From assembly GCA_965198355.1 (NCBI GenBank), contig CBDAPI010000015.1:33965-97964 (forward strand): a DNA stretch of 64,000 nt. Reading direction: 5' to 3'. Below the pieces are notes generated by a model that saw nothing but the letters and a program-made list of their open reading frames with translations, had not been told where the DNA came from and did not search any database. The stretch is from Acidobacteriota bacterium. Lineage in GTDB: Bacteria; Acidobacteriota; UBA6911; RPQK01; CBDAPI01. The translations under genes were made by a program, and so were the position numbers. Every line of letters begins with the position of its first letter. Within the stretch, counting starts at the first letter, position 1. This document shows positions 8,710 through 18,949 of this stretch, one piece after another.

Positions 8710-9875
8710 CTTACATCTGTGCCGATCCGGGAGTGCCCGTTTTTGGCCATAAGGGTTGTTCGATTCACGTCCAGGAAGTCATCCGAGGCATGTCTCGCCT
8801 GGGGGCCGAAGTCGAGCTCTTCGCGACCCGGATTGGGGGAATCCCCGCCACGGACCTCAAAGACATTGTGGTCCACCGGCTGCCCCGTTGCCAAGGCCGA
8901 GGTGTGGCCGACCGTGAAAAGGCCTGCATCGCTGCCAATCGCCCCCTCCGGCAGAGCCTGGAGCGTTCGAACTCCTTCGATCTGATTTATGAACGTTACT
9001 CGCTGTGGAGCTATGCGGGCCTGGAATATGCTCGCGGGGCGGGGCGGCCGGGTCTGCTGGAGGTCAATGCACCCCTGATCGAGGAGTCCCGGGACCATCG
9101 GAGCCTGTCCGATGAAGTTCAGGCCTTGCGGCTGACTCGGCGGGCATTCTCATCGGCCAGCCACATCATCACTGTCTCCAAAGAGCTCTCCCCTTACGTT
9201 CAGAGTCTGGGAGAGGCGCCCCAGAAAATCCATGTTGTTCCCAACGGAGTCAACCTGGAACGGTTCTCTCCCATTCGTGGCCCCGCCACAGACAATACAA
9301 CTGGCTTTACAGTGGGCTTCTCCGGAAGCCTGAAGCCCTGGCACGATTTGCCCACCCTTCTGGCCGGCTTTGGTCGGTTGTGGGAGGGAGAAGAGAGGTG
9401 TCGACTTCTAATCGTCGGGGATGGCCCCGAGACTGCCTGGCTCTCCCGAGAACTGGCCGACACCCCTCTCAGCGGGGCGGTCACCCTGGAAGGTGCCGTT
9501 CCCCCCGCGCAGGTCCCTGCTTTTCTGCAGCAGATGGACGTGGGGATAGTGCCCTGCCCGGCATTGGCGAATTTCTATTTTTCTCCGCTCAAGATATTTG
9601 AGTACATGGCGACAGGCCTGCCCGTCATCGCAAGTAGAATCGGTCAGCCCGGCCGACTGATTGAAGACGAAGTCAACGGTCTGCTCTATGCACCGGGAGA
9701 CGCCAACGAGTTGAGCGAATGCCTGCTCCGGCTCAAGGAGAACGAGCGCCTGCGTGTGCGTCTGGGGAAAGCGGCCCAGCGGACGGCAGTCAATGAACAC
9801 TCCTGGGATCGGCGGGTAAACAGGATCTTTCGAATCAGTGGAGTGGACGCTCCCAGTGCCGTGGGAGTGAACTAG
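8700..9875 (+). CDS. glycosyltransferase family 4
   Basis: MRVAYICADPGVPVFGHKGCSIHVQEV. E-x7-E-like region SPLKIFEYMATGLPVIASRIGQPGRLIEDEVNGLL. Overlaps the upstream gene by 10 nt. Confidence 0.85.
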   Translation: MRVAYICADPGVPVFGHKGCSIHVQEVIRGMSRLGAEVELFATRIGGIPATDLKDIVVHRLPRCQGRGVADREKACIAANRPLRQSLERSNSFDLIYERYSLWSYAGLEYARGAGRPGLLEVNAPLIEESRDHRSLSDEVQALRLTRRAFSSASHIITVSKELSPYVQSLGEAPQKIHVVPNGVNLERFSPIRGPATDNTTGFTVGFSGSLKPWHDLPTLLAGFGRLWEGEERCRLLIVGDGPETAWLSRELADTPLSGAVTLEGAVPPAQVPAFLQQMDVGIVPCPALANFYFSPLKIFEYMATGLPVIASRIGQPGRLIEDEVNGLLYAPGDANELSECLLRLKENERLRVRLGKAAQRTAVNEHSWDRRVNRIFRISGVDAPSAVGVN

Positions 9876-11957
9876 ATGGCTCGGCCGGACAAGGTTCAGG
9901 AGCTGATACCCAGTTTGTGGCGCCTTCTGCGTCACTTCTGGCCCTACGCCCGAAGGCATCGCCTGCTTCTGGGCGGAGCCTTTCTTGCCCTCCTGGCTCG
10001 AGTCGGGCTGCGAATCCTGGAACCGTGGCCCCTCAAATTCGTCTTTGATCGGATCATTCCCGTAAGTGCCCCTGAGTCAACCGAGGTCGGATTGCTGGAC
10101 ACTCTCGACCCTTTCTGGCTGCTGGCTCTTTGCGCGTTGTCTCTGGTCGCGATCACCGCGCTGCGCTCGATGGCAGTTTACTGGAGCAAGGTTGGGTTCG
10201 CGCTGGTCGGTCATCGAGTACTGGCCAGGGTGAGAGGAGAGCTCTACAGACATCTTCAGTTTCTGTCCCTGCGTTTTCACAAGCGCTCCAGAAGTGGAGA
10301 CCTGGTGGTTCGCTTGATGGGCGACGTGGGATTGCTGAGAGAGGTGGTAGTCACTGCTTTCCTGCCCCTGCTGGCCAACATCCTCATCCTCCTGGGCATG
10401 TTTTCTCTGATGTTCTGGTTCAGCTGGAAGCTGACTCTGCTGGCTCTCCTGACCCTCCCCCTTTTCTGGATCCGAACGGTTCGGCTGACTCATCAAATCA
10501 ATGAGGTTGCCAGAAAGCAGCGCAGACGACGTGGGAACATGACAGCCGCTGCCGTTGAGTCCATCAGTGCCATCGAGACGATTCAGGCACTTTCTTTGCA
10601 GGACACCTTCAGTGACAGCTTTGCCAGCCAGGACAAGAAAGACATCAAGCAGGGCGTGAAGGCAAAACGGCTGGCGGCTCGACTCCAGCGGACGGTGGCT
10701 CTGGTGGTGGCGATTGCCAGTGCCCTGGTCCTTTTTTTCGGGGCCCGGGAAGTCCTTCGAGGTTTCATGACTCCCGGCGATCTTCTGGTCTTTCTGGCTT
10801 ACTTGAAGACCGCTTTCAAGCCGGCGCAAGACTTCGCCAAGTACAGCGGGCGGCTCGCCAAAGCCTCCGCTGCAGGTGAGAGGATTCTTGACATCCTGGA
10901 GGAGAGCCCGGAGATTGTCGACTCTCCCGACGCCATTCCCGCACCGCCGTTTCGCGGCGAAGTGCAATTCGAGGGAGTCACATTTGGCTACGAGCCGGAC
11001 TTGCCCGTCCTCCGGGACTTGAATCTGCATGTCGAAGCTGGTGAGAGAATCGCCATCCTCGGCCCCTCGGGTGCCGGCAAGACGACCCTTGTCAGCCTGA
11101 TGCTGAGGCTCTACGCCCTTCAGGAGGGGAAGATTCTGATTGACGGAAAAGACGTGCGGGATTACACCGTGGAGTCGCTCCGATCCCAGTTCAGTATGGT
11201 ACTGCAGGACAATGTTCTGTTTGCGGCATCCGTCCGCGAGAACCTGACCTGGGGCCTCCTGGAAGTTCCGGAGAAGGAAGTTCGGGCAGCGGCCAGGCTG
11301 GCCAACGCAGACGATTTCATCGAGGCCTTGCCAGATGGCTACGACACTGTTGTCGGGGAGCGTGGAGCGACCCTCTCTTTCGGTCAGCGGCAGCGCCTGG
11401 CCATTGCACGGGCGGCGCTCCGGAAAACTCCCTTCTTGATCCTGGACGAACCCTCTGCGGGTCTGGATGAGGCGAATCGTGTGGAGCTGAATGAAGCCCT
11501 TGGGAAACTGTCGACGGACCGAACCAGCTTCGTGATTACGCATGATCTCCGGTTCGGTTTGGCGGCTGACCGAATCCTCTGCCTGGAGGATGGCGCCCTG
11601 GTGGAAAAGAACCCTTCGGAACCCGGAGAGCCCGGCTCTCTTTCCGGGAACTCAGAAATAGCCGCCGATACATCGCCCCCCCCGGCTGACCGAATCCTCT
11701 GCCTGGAGGATGGCGCCCTGGTGGAAAAGAACCCTTCGGAACCCGGAGAGCCCGGCTCTCTTTCCGGGAACTCAGAAATAGCCGCCGATACACAGAGCAC
11801 GCGGTGGCAAGAGGCCGGGCGTCAGCAGCCAACTTCATCAGTACGCGCAGACACTGGAAGTGCTCGTCCCGGGCCGGGAGCCCTCTCCCGTCGCCCTGGC
11901 GAGGGAGCTTGTGGCTACGGCCCCGGGACCCGGTCAGGCCTGCCTGCTGCATGGTGA
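9876..11957 (+). CDS. ABC exporter, fused permease/ATPase (MsbA-like), 3' end altered by a tandem duplication
   Basis: Six-TM domain, Walker A GPSGAGKTT, signature LSFGQRQR, Walker B FLILDEPSAG. After ADRILCLEDGALVEK the ORF reads through a 120-bp duplication and into a kinase fragment out of frame. Confidence 0.8.
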   Translation: MARPDKVQELIPSLWRLLRHFWPYARRHRLLLGGAFLALLARVGLRILEPWPLKFVFDRIIPVSAPESTEVGLLDTLDPFWLLALCALSLVAITALRSMAVYWSKVGFALVGHRVLARVRGELYRHLQFLSLRFHKRSRSGDLVVRLMGDVGLLREVVVTAFLPLLANILILLGMFSLMFWFSWKLTLLALLTLPLFWIRTVRLTHQINEVARKQRRRRGNMTAAAVESISAIETIQALSLQDTFSDSFASQDKKDIKQGVKAKRLAARLQRTVALVVAIASALVLFFGAREVLRGFMTPGDLLVFLAYLKTAFKPAQDFAKYSGRLAKASAAGERILDILEESPEIVDSPDAIPAPPFRGEVQFEGVTFGYEPDLPVLRDLNLHVEAGERIAILGPSGAGKTTLVSLMLRLYALQEGKILIDGKDVRDYTVESLRSQFSMVLQDNVLFAASVRENLTWGLLEVPEKEVRAAARLANADDFIEALPDGYDTVVGERGATLSFGQRQRLAIARAALRKTPFLILDEPSAGLDEANRVELNEALGKLSTDRTSFVITHDLRFGLAADRILCLEDGALVEKNPSEPGEPGSLSGNSEIAADTSPPPADRILCLEDGALVEKNPSEPGEPGSLSGNSEIAADTQSTRWQEAGRQQPTSSVRADTGSARPGPGALSRRPGEGACGYGPGTRSGLPAAW
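11563..11792 (+). repeat. tandem direct duplication, period 120 bp (110 identical nt x2 plus an 11-nt filler TCGCCCCCCCC)
   Basis: 11563-11672 is identical to 11683-11792. In frame, duplicating ADRILCLEDGALVEKNPSEPGEPGSLSGNSEIAADT. Confidence 0.95.
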
Positions 11958-12312
11958 CTTCTACTACGATCAGGTGCTGGTCAGCCGCCATCCTCTGGCT
12001 CGTTTCCTCGATCTGGACAACCTGGCTGTGGGTGACCCGCTCCTGGATGTGGCGAACTTCTGCGCCCAGCTGCGTTTGCTGGTGCACCGGGGGACACTGG
12101 ATTCCCAAGCTGCCGACTGGATCAGCCGACGATTCATTGAAGGCTATCAATCGGCTTCGAACACCACGCTTCACCATCAGAGACTGCACTGGCACACGTC
12201 TGCCCTGCTTCTCAAACTGTCCATCTGGCCGTTCCGACGCTTTGAGGAATCCTGGGCTGAAAAAGTCAACGCGATGCTCAGCGAAGCTTGCGAGTGGGGG
12301 CGAAGCGTCTAA
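11794..12312 (+). pseudogene. APH-fold (aminoglycoside phosphotransferase-like) kinase, C-terminal third only
   Basis: LLHGDFYYDQVLV...FLDLDNLAVGDPLLDVANFCAQL (catalytic and DxD-type loops). N-lobe absent. In-frame stop at 11779-11781 upstream. Confidence 0.7.
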
Positions 12313-13646
12313 TGCTGAACCAGCTTCTGGATCCAGAACTGGCCGGGCGATTCCTGCGCCGGCACCTGCCGCTCTTTCAGCAAGCCAAAGCGCCTTCCTT
12401 GCGCGCAGTCAAGCTTCGCGACGTCTGGCTGGGAAGATGGTGGGAGTTTCAGTACCATCTGCATGTCGAGGCCAACGGCACCGGCCCGGCCGCACGTCGC
12501 ATCGTCACCTGCCATTACTCCGATCACAGAGACCTGTCTCGAACGGTCCGCAAGATCGAACGTCAAAAAGAACTCGTCCTCTGCGACCGGTCGCTGTTCG
12601 AAGAGCTGTGGCTGGACCGCTCTGAGGAGGGCCTGGTGGTCGTCCCCTTTCCCTTCGATCCAAAACTATCCCATCTTCCCGAGGCTACCGATCCGGAAGA
12701 GGCAACCAGGACGTTGGGTCACTCAGGGCTAGTAGGGGCCCACGGTAGGGCTTCGATCAGCCGGGTGGAGGTTCTCCGCTATGTCTCGGGAAAGCGCTGC
12801 CAGATGCGCTACCACCTCCGAGGTCGACAGGCAGGGACAGCGCTGGGAAAGACCTTCAAGGATGATCGGGGTAAAACCCTTGGAAAGGTGATGAATCAGG
12901 TAGCCGATCTCTTTCGTTCAGTCGGCAACATGGAGCTCTCGGCGCCCCGTTCTCGGGGCTACCTGGCCCAGTGGCAGCTGGTCATCCAGGAAGATGTGCG
13001 GGGAACCACCCTGCATCGGCTGGCCCGGCGCCGGGCTCTCGAGGGGCAGCAGCTGACCCGAGCCGGACAGTGCCTGGCAGTTCTGCACAACAGTTCTCTC
13101 CAACTATCCGGACAACACTCAGTCGAACAGGAACTGGAGCTTCTCGAGTCCACTCACGCTCGCCTGCAGCGCGCCGGCTACCGCAGCCGCTCCAGAGAAA
13201 GCCTGCTCAAGCAACTCGTCCAATTCGGGCAGGGCCTGAAGACCGCCCGCCTCTGTCCAGTGCACCGCGACTTCTATGACAAGCTGCTGCTGGTTCAGGG
13301 ATCCCGGCTCTTTCTCATCGATCTGGACACCGCCACCCTCGGTTGTCCCGAGATTGACATCGCTAACTTCACGGCTCATTTGCGCCTTCGATCTCTCAAG
13401 TACCCGGACCTTCCCTCCCAGAGCTGGGAAGGCTTGTTTCTCGACTCCTACACTCGGGCTACGGCGAGACCTAATCCTGACCTTTTTCGGTTCTTCCTGG
13501 CGACAACATTCTTTCGCCTGGGCTGTCGCCACCGCTTCCGATTCCAGGGCAGGCCGCTGGCAGCCCGTCTATTCGATCTGGCTGGGGGGGCACTGCTTTC
13601 ATCCGGGACTGAGGTTCCCCAACCAGGCCTGGTGAGGGAGCTATGA
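12312..13646 (+). CDS. APH-fold protein kinase-like phosphotransferase
   Basis: Start at MLNQLLDPELA (TAATG overlap with the upstream fragment). VHRDFYDKLLLV...LIDLDTATLGCPEIDIANFTAHL. Confidence 0.75.
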   Translation: MLNQLLDPELAGRFLRRHLPLFQQAKAPSLRAVKLRDVWLGRWWEFQYHLHVEANGTGPAARRIVTCHYSDHRDLSRTVRKIERQKELVLCDRSLFEELWLDRSEEGLVVVPFPFDPKLSHLPEATDPEEATRTLGHSGLVGAHGRASISRVEVLRYVSGKRCQMRYHLRGRQAGTALGKTFKDDRGKTLGKVMNQVADLFRSVGNMELSAPRSRGYLAQWQLVIQEDVRGTTLHRLARRRALEGQQLTRAGQCLAVLHNSSLQLSGQHSVEQELELLESTHARLQRAGYRSRSRESLLKQLVQFGQGLKTARLCPVHRDFYDKLLLVQGSRLFLIDLDTATLGCPEIDIANFTAHLRLRSLKYPDLPSQSWEGLFLDSYTRATARPNPDLFRFFLATTFFRLGCRHRFRFQGRPLAARLFDLAGGALLSSGTEVPQPGLVREL

Positions 13647-15496
13647 TGAGATTCCCTCTCGGCCCGGGACGAATTCTGGTAGTCGTCGGCCTTCTCCAGA
13701 TCTGCGGGGTTGGCACTGCGGTCCGGGGTTCAGTCCACTCCACGGAGATTGTGAGCTCTGCTGAGAAAGACGACGCAGACAGCGCACCCAATTCACTTCA
13801 AGATGTGGGCAAGATGGCCTTCCTGACTGTGGGGAGGCGCATCAAAGTGGAGGGGAGAAAGTTCGAAGGAACTACGCTGCTGGCCATCAAGATTGAAGTG
13901 GCTGAGGAAGACGATGATGCCGAGATCGAAGGCATCCTGGTGAATGTGGATCTCAACCGGTCTCGCCTCCAGATTTCCAACAAGATCGTTGTGGTCACTG
14001 ACGCCACGCGGATTCTCAACACCAGCAAGGAGCCGTTGGAACTGGCGGACCTGAGGGCGGGGATGAGGGTCAAGATCAAGGCAGAAGTGGAAAAGGATGA
14101 GTCGCTGGTCGCCAAATCGATCCGCTACTATCCGGGGGCAACGGACACGGATCTAGAGATCGAGGCGCCTATTGAAAAGATCGATGCGGCCAAGTCCGAG
14201 CTGACTTTGCTGGCGATGCAGGTCAAGGTCTCTCCGGACACTCAATACCTGAACCCTTTCGGTGAGTCCGATCTGAGCCAGTTCTTCGACTCTAAGTCGC
14301 GCGGAATTCGCCGGGACGATGACGAGCCCGATCGCCCCCCCATCCGGATCTGGAAGTTGAATGTGGGAGGGAGAGCGGGTCTGGCTTATCGTGCCACCGA
14401 GAACCTCGACCTCCTGGACCGGCGTGAGGATCGAGACGAGAAATGGCTGCCCCAGGGCCGGCTGGAACTCTCCCTGCCGGTGGGAGAGCACAGTGAACTC
14501 TATTCGAAACTGACGTTCAGCAACCCCATTGAGCTGGGTGAAGGCTCTCCCAATCAGTTCCAGTTCCGAGTCAGGGAGCTCTTTTTCTACTGGGGCAATC
14601 TCTTTCATCGTTCGGTTGGCCTGCAGATTGGGCGCCAGCGCTTTCGAGACAAAAGAGAGTGGACCTACGACGACGAACTGGATTCTCTGCGCCTGCATGT
14701 GAAGACAAGCAAGCTCAGGTGGGAGTTGGCCGCCGCGAAATCTGTTTTTCGACCCACCAACTCGCGTGAAGACCAGCTCTACTTCATGGGCTCGGTTCGC
14801 TATCGTCTGGCCCCTAAGAGTCACCTGAGAGGCTATTTCATCAAGAGAAACGACCTGACCCCCCGAGACGAAGATCCTGTCTGGTTTGGCGTCAGTTCGC
14901 GCGGCCTGATCAACGAGAGGACTCTTTACTGGGCGGAGGCCTCAAGGATGATGGGGCGCCACCGCCGCGATCGGCTCAGGGGCTACGCCTTTGATGTGGG
15001 AGGGAGCTACCGGTTTCCGCTCCCCTGGAGCCCAACTCTTTCGGGCAGTTATGCACACGCATCAGGTGGAGAAGATCAGCAGCAAAGCGTTGACCGGAAT
15101 TTCCGGCAAACGCGTTTGCAGGACAATACAGATCGTCTCGGGGGCATCCGACGCTACAATTACTACGGTTTCCTGATCGATCCCGAGTTGTTCAATCTGA
15201 AGATCCCGACCGTTGATCTGGGACTGCGTCCCTGGCGGTCCTTTTCCGTCAACTTCATCTACCACAACTACCGGCAGGTAGTGGCCTCTCGAGATGTGGG
15301 AGACATGAACCTGATCAGACCCGCGAATGGTCGCGATCCGCGACTGGGCCAGGAAATCGACGCGGTCATCACTTTTCGAAGCAAGAACTACCTGGACTTC
15401 AACCTCTTGATCGGGATGTTCTTGCCCGGGCCGGCCTTCGGTCAGTCGGTCTCACCGGCCTGGCTGGTCCGGCCCTCGATCCAGTTTCATTTTTGA
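13643..15496 (+). CDS. outer-membrane protein: N-terminal DUF5666-like repeats plus an alginate-export (AlgE-like) beta-barrel
   Basis: Signal peptide. Repeats RIKVEGRKFEGTTLLAIKIEV / MRVKIKAEVEKDESLVAKSIRY. C-terminal half with alternating beta-strand pattern and terminal aromatic residue (IQFHF). Confidence 0.65.
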   Translation: MMRFPLGPGRILVVVGLLQICGVGTAVRGSVHSTEIVSSAEKDDADSAPNSLQDVGKMAFLTVGRRIKVEGRKFEGTTLLAIKIEVAEEDDDAEIEGILVNVDLNRSRLQISNKIVVVTDATRILNTSKEPLELADLRAGMRVKIKAEVEKDESLVAKSIRYYPGATDTDLEIEAPIEKIDAAKSELTLLAMQVKVSPDTQYLNPFGESDLSQFFDSKSRGIRRDDDEPDRPPIRIWKLNVGGRAGLAYRATENLDLLDRREDRDEKWLPQGRLELSLPVGEHSELYSKLTFSNPIELGEGSPNQFQFRVRELFFYWGNLFHRSVGLQIGRQRFRDKREWTYDDELDSLRLHVKTSKLRWELAAAKSVFRPTNSREDQLYFMGSVRYRLAPKSHLRGYFIKRNDLTPRDEDPVWFGVSSRGLINERTLYWAEASRMMGRHRRDRLRGYAFDVGGSYRFPLPWSPTLSGSYAHASGGEDQQQSVDRNFRQTRLQDNTDRLGGIRRYNYYGFLIDPELFNLKIPTVDLGLRPWRSFSVNFIYHNYRQVVASRDVGDMNLIRPANGRDPRLGQEIDAVITFRSKNYLDFNLLIGMFLPGPAFGQSVSPAWLVRPSIQFHF

Positions 15497-15512
15497 GTCC
15501 GTGAGTTAGCCA

Positions 15513-16475
15513 ATGACAGCACTGGAATCCACTGTGGCAGGAAGAGAAGCCGAACAGCCTCAACTCCCGTGCGTCTTCGTGGTCGGGTGCCCGAGGTCTG
15601 GAACCACACTGTTGCAACGGATTCTCGATCACCATCCTCTGCTGGCGGTGGGATACGACACTCACTTCATCCCCCACGCCGTGCGGCGGGTTCCCGTGGG
15701 TGTGGATCCACCTCTGACCGCCGAGATGATTCAGAAAGTGCGGGGGCACCGGCGCTTCCCCCGGCTCGGATTGTCTGAAAGAGCGATCGACAGGGCCGAG
15801 CACGGCGCCCGAACCTACGGCGAATTTGTGAGCGGGCTCTACTTCGAGTTTGCCCGTCTTCAAGGCAAACCCCTGGCGGGCGAAAAAAGCCCCGGCTACT
15901 GCCGGCACCTTCCTCGCCTGCACGGGCTGTTTCCCCAGGCTCGAAGTATCCATCTCATCCGGGACGGGCGAGACGTGGCGTTGTCGATTCTGGACTGGGG
16001 GAAGGGGCAGCCAGGCCGGCTGGAGCTCTGGCAGAAGGAACCGGTAGGAACCTGTGCCCTGTGGTGGAACTGGAAAGTGGAGCGAGGGATTCGGGACGGG
16101 GCAGCCCTGGGTCCGACCAGCTACCTGGAAGTGAGCTACGAAGAACTGGCGGCTCATCCGGAGACCACGGTACGGACCGTTACCCAGTTTCTTGACCTCC
16201 CCTACTCCCCCGAACTGCTGCTGTATCACGAAGGGAAAACACGCGACAGGCCGGGAATCTCTGCCAAGGCTGCCTGGCTTCCCCCAACAGCCGGCCTTCG
16301 AGACTGGCGTTTGCAGATGAAAGAAGCCGATGTGGAGCTGTTCGAAGCCCTCAGCGGAGATCTTCTGTCCAAGCTGGGCTATGAGAGATTCCACCAGCGG
16401 ATTTCGCCACCAGTCTCCCAGAGAGCGGCGAGATGTCGGGACTGGTGGGAGCGGGAATTCTCGGGGTCGCAATGA
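15513..16475 (+). CDS. sulfotransferase family protein
   Basis: 5'-PSB loop VFVVGCPRSGTTLL and 3'-PB region IHLIRDGRDVALS. Paralog of the next gene. Confidence 0.8.
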   Translation: MTALESTVAGREAEQPQLPCVFVVGCPRSGTTLLQRILDHHPLLAVGYDTHFIPHAVRRVPVGVDPPLTAEMIQKVRGHRRFPRLGLSERAIDRAEHGARTYGEFVSGLYFEFARLQGKPLAGEKSPGYCRHLPRLHGLFPQARSIHLIRDGRDVALSILDWGKGQPGRLELWQKEPVGTCALWWNWKVERGIRDGAALGPTSYLEVSYEELAAHPETTVRTVTQFLDLPYSPELLLYHEGKTRDRPGISAKAAWLPPTAGLRDWRLQMKEADVELFEALSGDLLSKLGYERFHQRISPPVSQRAARCRDWWEREFSGSQ

Positions 16476-17425
16476 ACCAGTCAGCAGGATCAGCCCGAAA
16501 CCCCTGTCTTTTTGTCGTCGGTTGCCCCCGATCCGGCACCACTTTGCTGAAGCGAATGGTGGACGCCCACCCCGAGATTGCAATCACGCGGGAAACACAC
16601 TGGATTGCGCGGTTTTACCGCAAGCGCATTGGGATCACCAGCGAGGGCCTGGTGACTCCCCAGTTGATTCCGAGCCTCCTCAAATACCACCGCTTCTCTC
16701 TCCTCGGCATCGACAGAACGGACCTGGAAACCAGGGTGTGGAACGGCGAGCAGGATCAATTTGCCGACTTTGTGTCACGTCTCTTTGATCTTTACGGTCG
16801 GCGGCGGGAGAAGTCTCTGGTGGGAGATAAGACACCGGGTTATGTTCGCCACATTGGCCTGCTGCATGAGTTGTGGCCCCGGGCCCGATTCGTACACCTG
16901 ATCCGCGACGGCCGGGATGTCTGTCTTTCCATGCTGGATTGGAGCAAGGCTGGCGCCTCCGCCGGTCGCCTGATCACCTTCCAAGAGGATCCCGTTTCCA
17001 CGACTGCCTTCTGGTGGAAACGCAATGTTCGACTCGGCCGCGCAAGTGGAAGCATCCTCCCGTCCGGGCTTTACCACGAAGTGCACTACGAGAGGCTCTG
17101 CGAAGAGCCGCAAGAAGAATGCCGTCTCCTGTGCCGGTTCCTGGGCGTTCCCTTCCAGTCGCGGATGCTTCAGTTTCACGAAGGCAGAACGAACCCTGAC
17201 CCCGGTCTCTCACCCAAGAGTGCCTTTCTACCGCCCACGCCTGGCCTTCGAGACTGGCGCCAGCAAATGCCCCGGGAGGATGTAGAGAGATTTGAAGCAG
17301 CGGCCGGGGATCTCCTGGACGACCTGGGCTACGAGCGGGGCATCTCGCAACCCTCACCCGATTCCCTTGTCCGGGCCGCTTATATCCGAAGACAGCTTTC
17401 CACGAGTGAATCTCGCAAATGGTGA
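16472..17425 (+). CDS. sulfotransferase family protein
   Basis: Start at MNQSAGS (ATGA overlap). LFVVGCPRSGTTLL, VHLIRDGRDVCLS. Confidence 0.8.
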   Translation: MNQSAGSARNPCLFVVGCPRSGTTLLKRMVDAHPEIAITRETHWIARFYRKRIGITSEGLVTPQLIPSLLKYHRFSLLGIDRTDLETRVWNGEQDQFADFVSRLFDLYGRRREKSLVGDKTPGYVRHIGLLHELWPRARFVHLIRDGRDVCLSMLDWSKAGASAGRLITFQEDPVSTTAFWWKRNVRLGRASGSILPSGLYHEVHYERLCEEPQEECRLLCRFLGVPFQSRMLQFHEGRTNPDPGLSPKSAFLPPTPGLRDWRQQMPREDVERFEAAAGDLLDDLGYERGISQPSPDSLVRAAYIRRQLSTSESRKW

Positions 17426-18949
17426 CCTTCTTCAAGAAAACCGGGATGGCACTCCCCCTACTTCCTCCTCGATGGCGGGCTCTGGCCCTGGGCCTGCTTG
17501 CCACCGCCGTCATGCTGTCCCCGCAGCCCGCCTATGGCGGTAGCGTCTCTCTCGGCAACCCGGTCACCATCAATGCCACGGGCGTTGGCGCCACCTCTCC
17601 CCAGGGCCTCACTTACCACCCCGTCAGAGACTCCATCTTTGTTTTGAGTGAGAACGGCCGGGTAGTGGAACTGGACCTGGATGGATCGGTGATCCAGTCC
17701 TTTGCGGTCGATTTCCAGGTGGTCGGCGGAGGCATCAGCTACGATCCAGTTTCGGGAAATCTGCTGGTCACGACCGAGTTGATCGTCTATGAGATCGGGG
17801 CCACCGGAGGTCCTTCCTCTATTCTCCTGGACTTGAGTAGTGATCTAACCGACAGTCAGGGAATCGTGGTCCATCCTCAATCCGGCAATCTCTGGATTGC
17901 GGACGACAGGAACGGCGAAGTTGTTGAGCTCAACCGGTCGGGAGGTGTTGTCAGCAGCTTTGACACCGTCCCCATTCTGGCTGCCTTCGACGAACCTACG
18001 GGGCTGGCTTTTCTGGGCGGCGATCTCTTGATCACGGATGATCAGGAAGGCACCCGCACACTTTACCTGGTCTCCACGGGAGGAGTCCTGATTCAAGCAG
18101 TCGCTGACACCACGGCTTTTGGGATGAATGATCCGGAAGGCGTGGCAGTAGTGGGCGACTCGCACATCTGGCTGTGCGGGGATGATGATGATTCGATCCT
18201 AATCCTCGACCGGTTGGATGCCAACCAGCCTCCAGTGGCGGATGCGGGACTCGATCAGGTGGTGGAGGAGCGGACAGAGGTCACCCTGGACGGTTCAGGA
18301 AGCTTCGATCCCGATGGAGACCCTCTTTCATTTGAGTGGGAGCAGATCTCGGGTCCTGTTGTAAACCTGCAGGACTCCTCGGCCACATTCGCTTCCCTGA
18401 CTGCCCCCCAGGTCGATGAGGTGACAGTACTCGTGTTCCGCCTGAGCGTTGGGGACGGAGTGGTGCAAACCCAGGACCAGGTTTCCATCACGGTAACTCC
18501 AGTCGTAATCATGGTTTACTTTCCCAAGGTGGGGGACGGGACGGTGGGAAACATTCAACTGCAGAGCAACCTGATCTTCGTCAACACCGGTGCGGAAGCC
18601 ACCCTGGAGGTGGACTTTTTCAACCCCAACGGGGATCCTCTGGAGCTCACCCTGGGCGATCTAGGCACGGACTCGAGCTTCTCCATCCCACTGACAGCCG
18701 GAGAAGCGATCTCACTGGAGACTCCGGGGAGCGGCGACATCCAGGTTGGATATGCACGAGTCGCCGCGGATCCCTCCGTCGGAGGGACCATCGTCTTTGC
18801 CCGCAGCGACGTTGAGACGGGAATCGTGCTCTACGAAGCCGGTGTCCCGGCAGCGCTGCCTCTGAAAGACTTCTCTCTCTTTCTCGACTCCATCCTGCAC
18901 AAGGACACGGGCCTGGCGATGGTTTATCCGGTTCTCGACGCAGGCCTAG

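Noticed and set aside
10077-11543. 488-aa ORF antisense to the ABC exporter
   Set aside because: Shadow ORF in GC-rich DNA. Low-complexity R/G/P/Q-rich translation, while the sense strand has unmistakable ABC motifs. The same reasoning applies to 4641-5549, 8310-9098, 22844-23734, 27322-28401, 33394-34524, 43037-43996, 44318-45136, 45078-46349 and 50273-50848.
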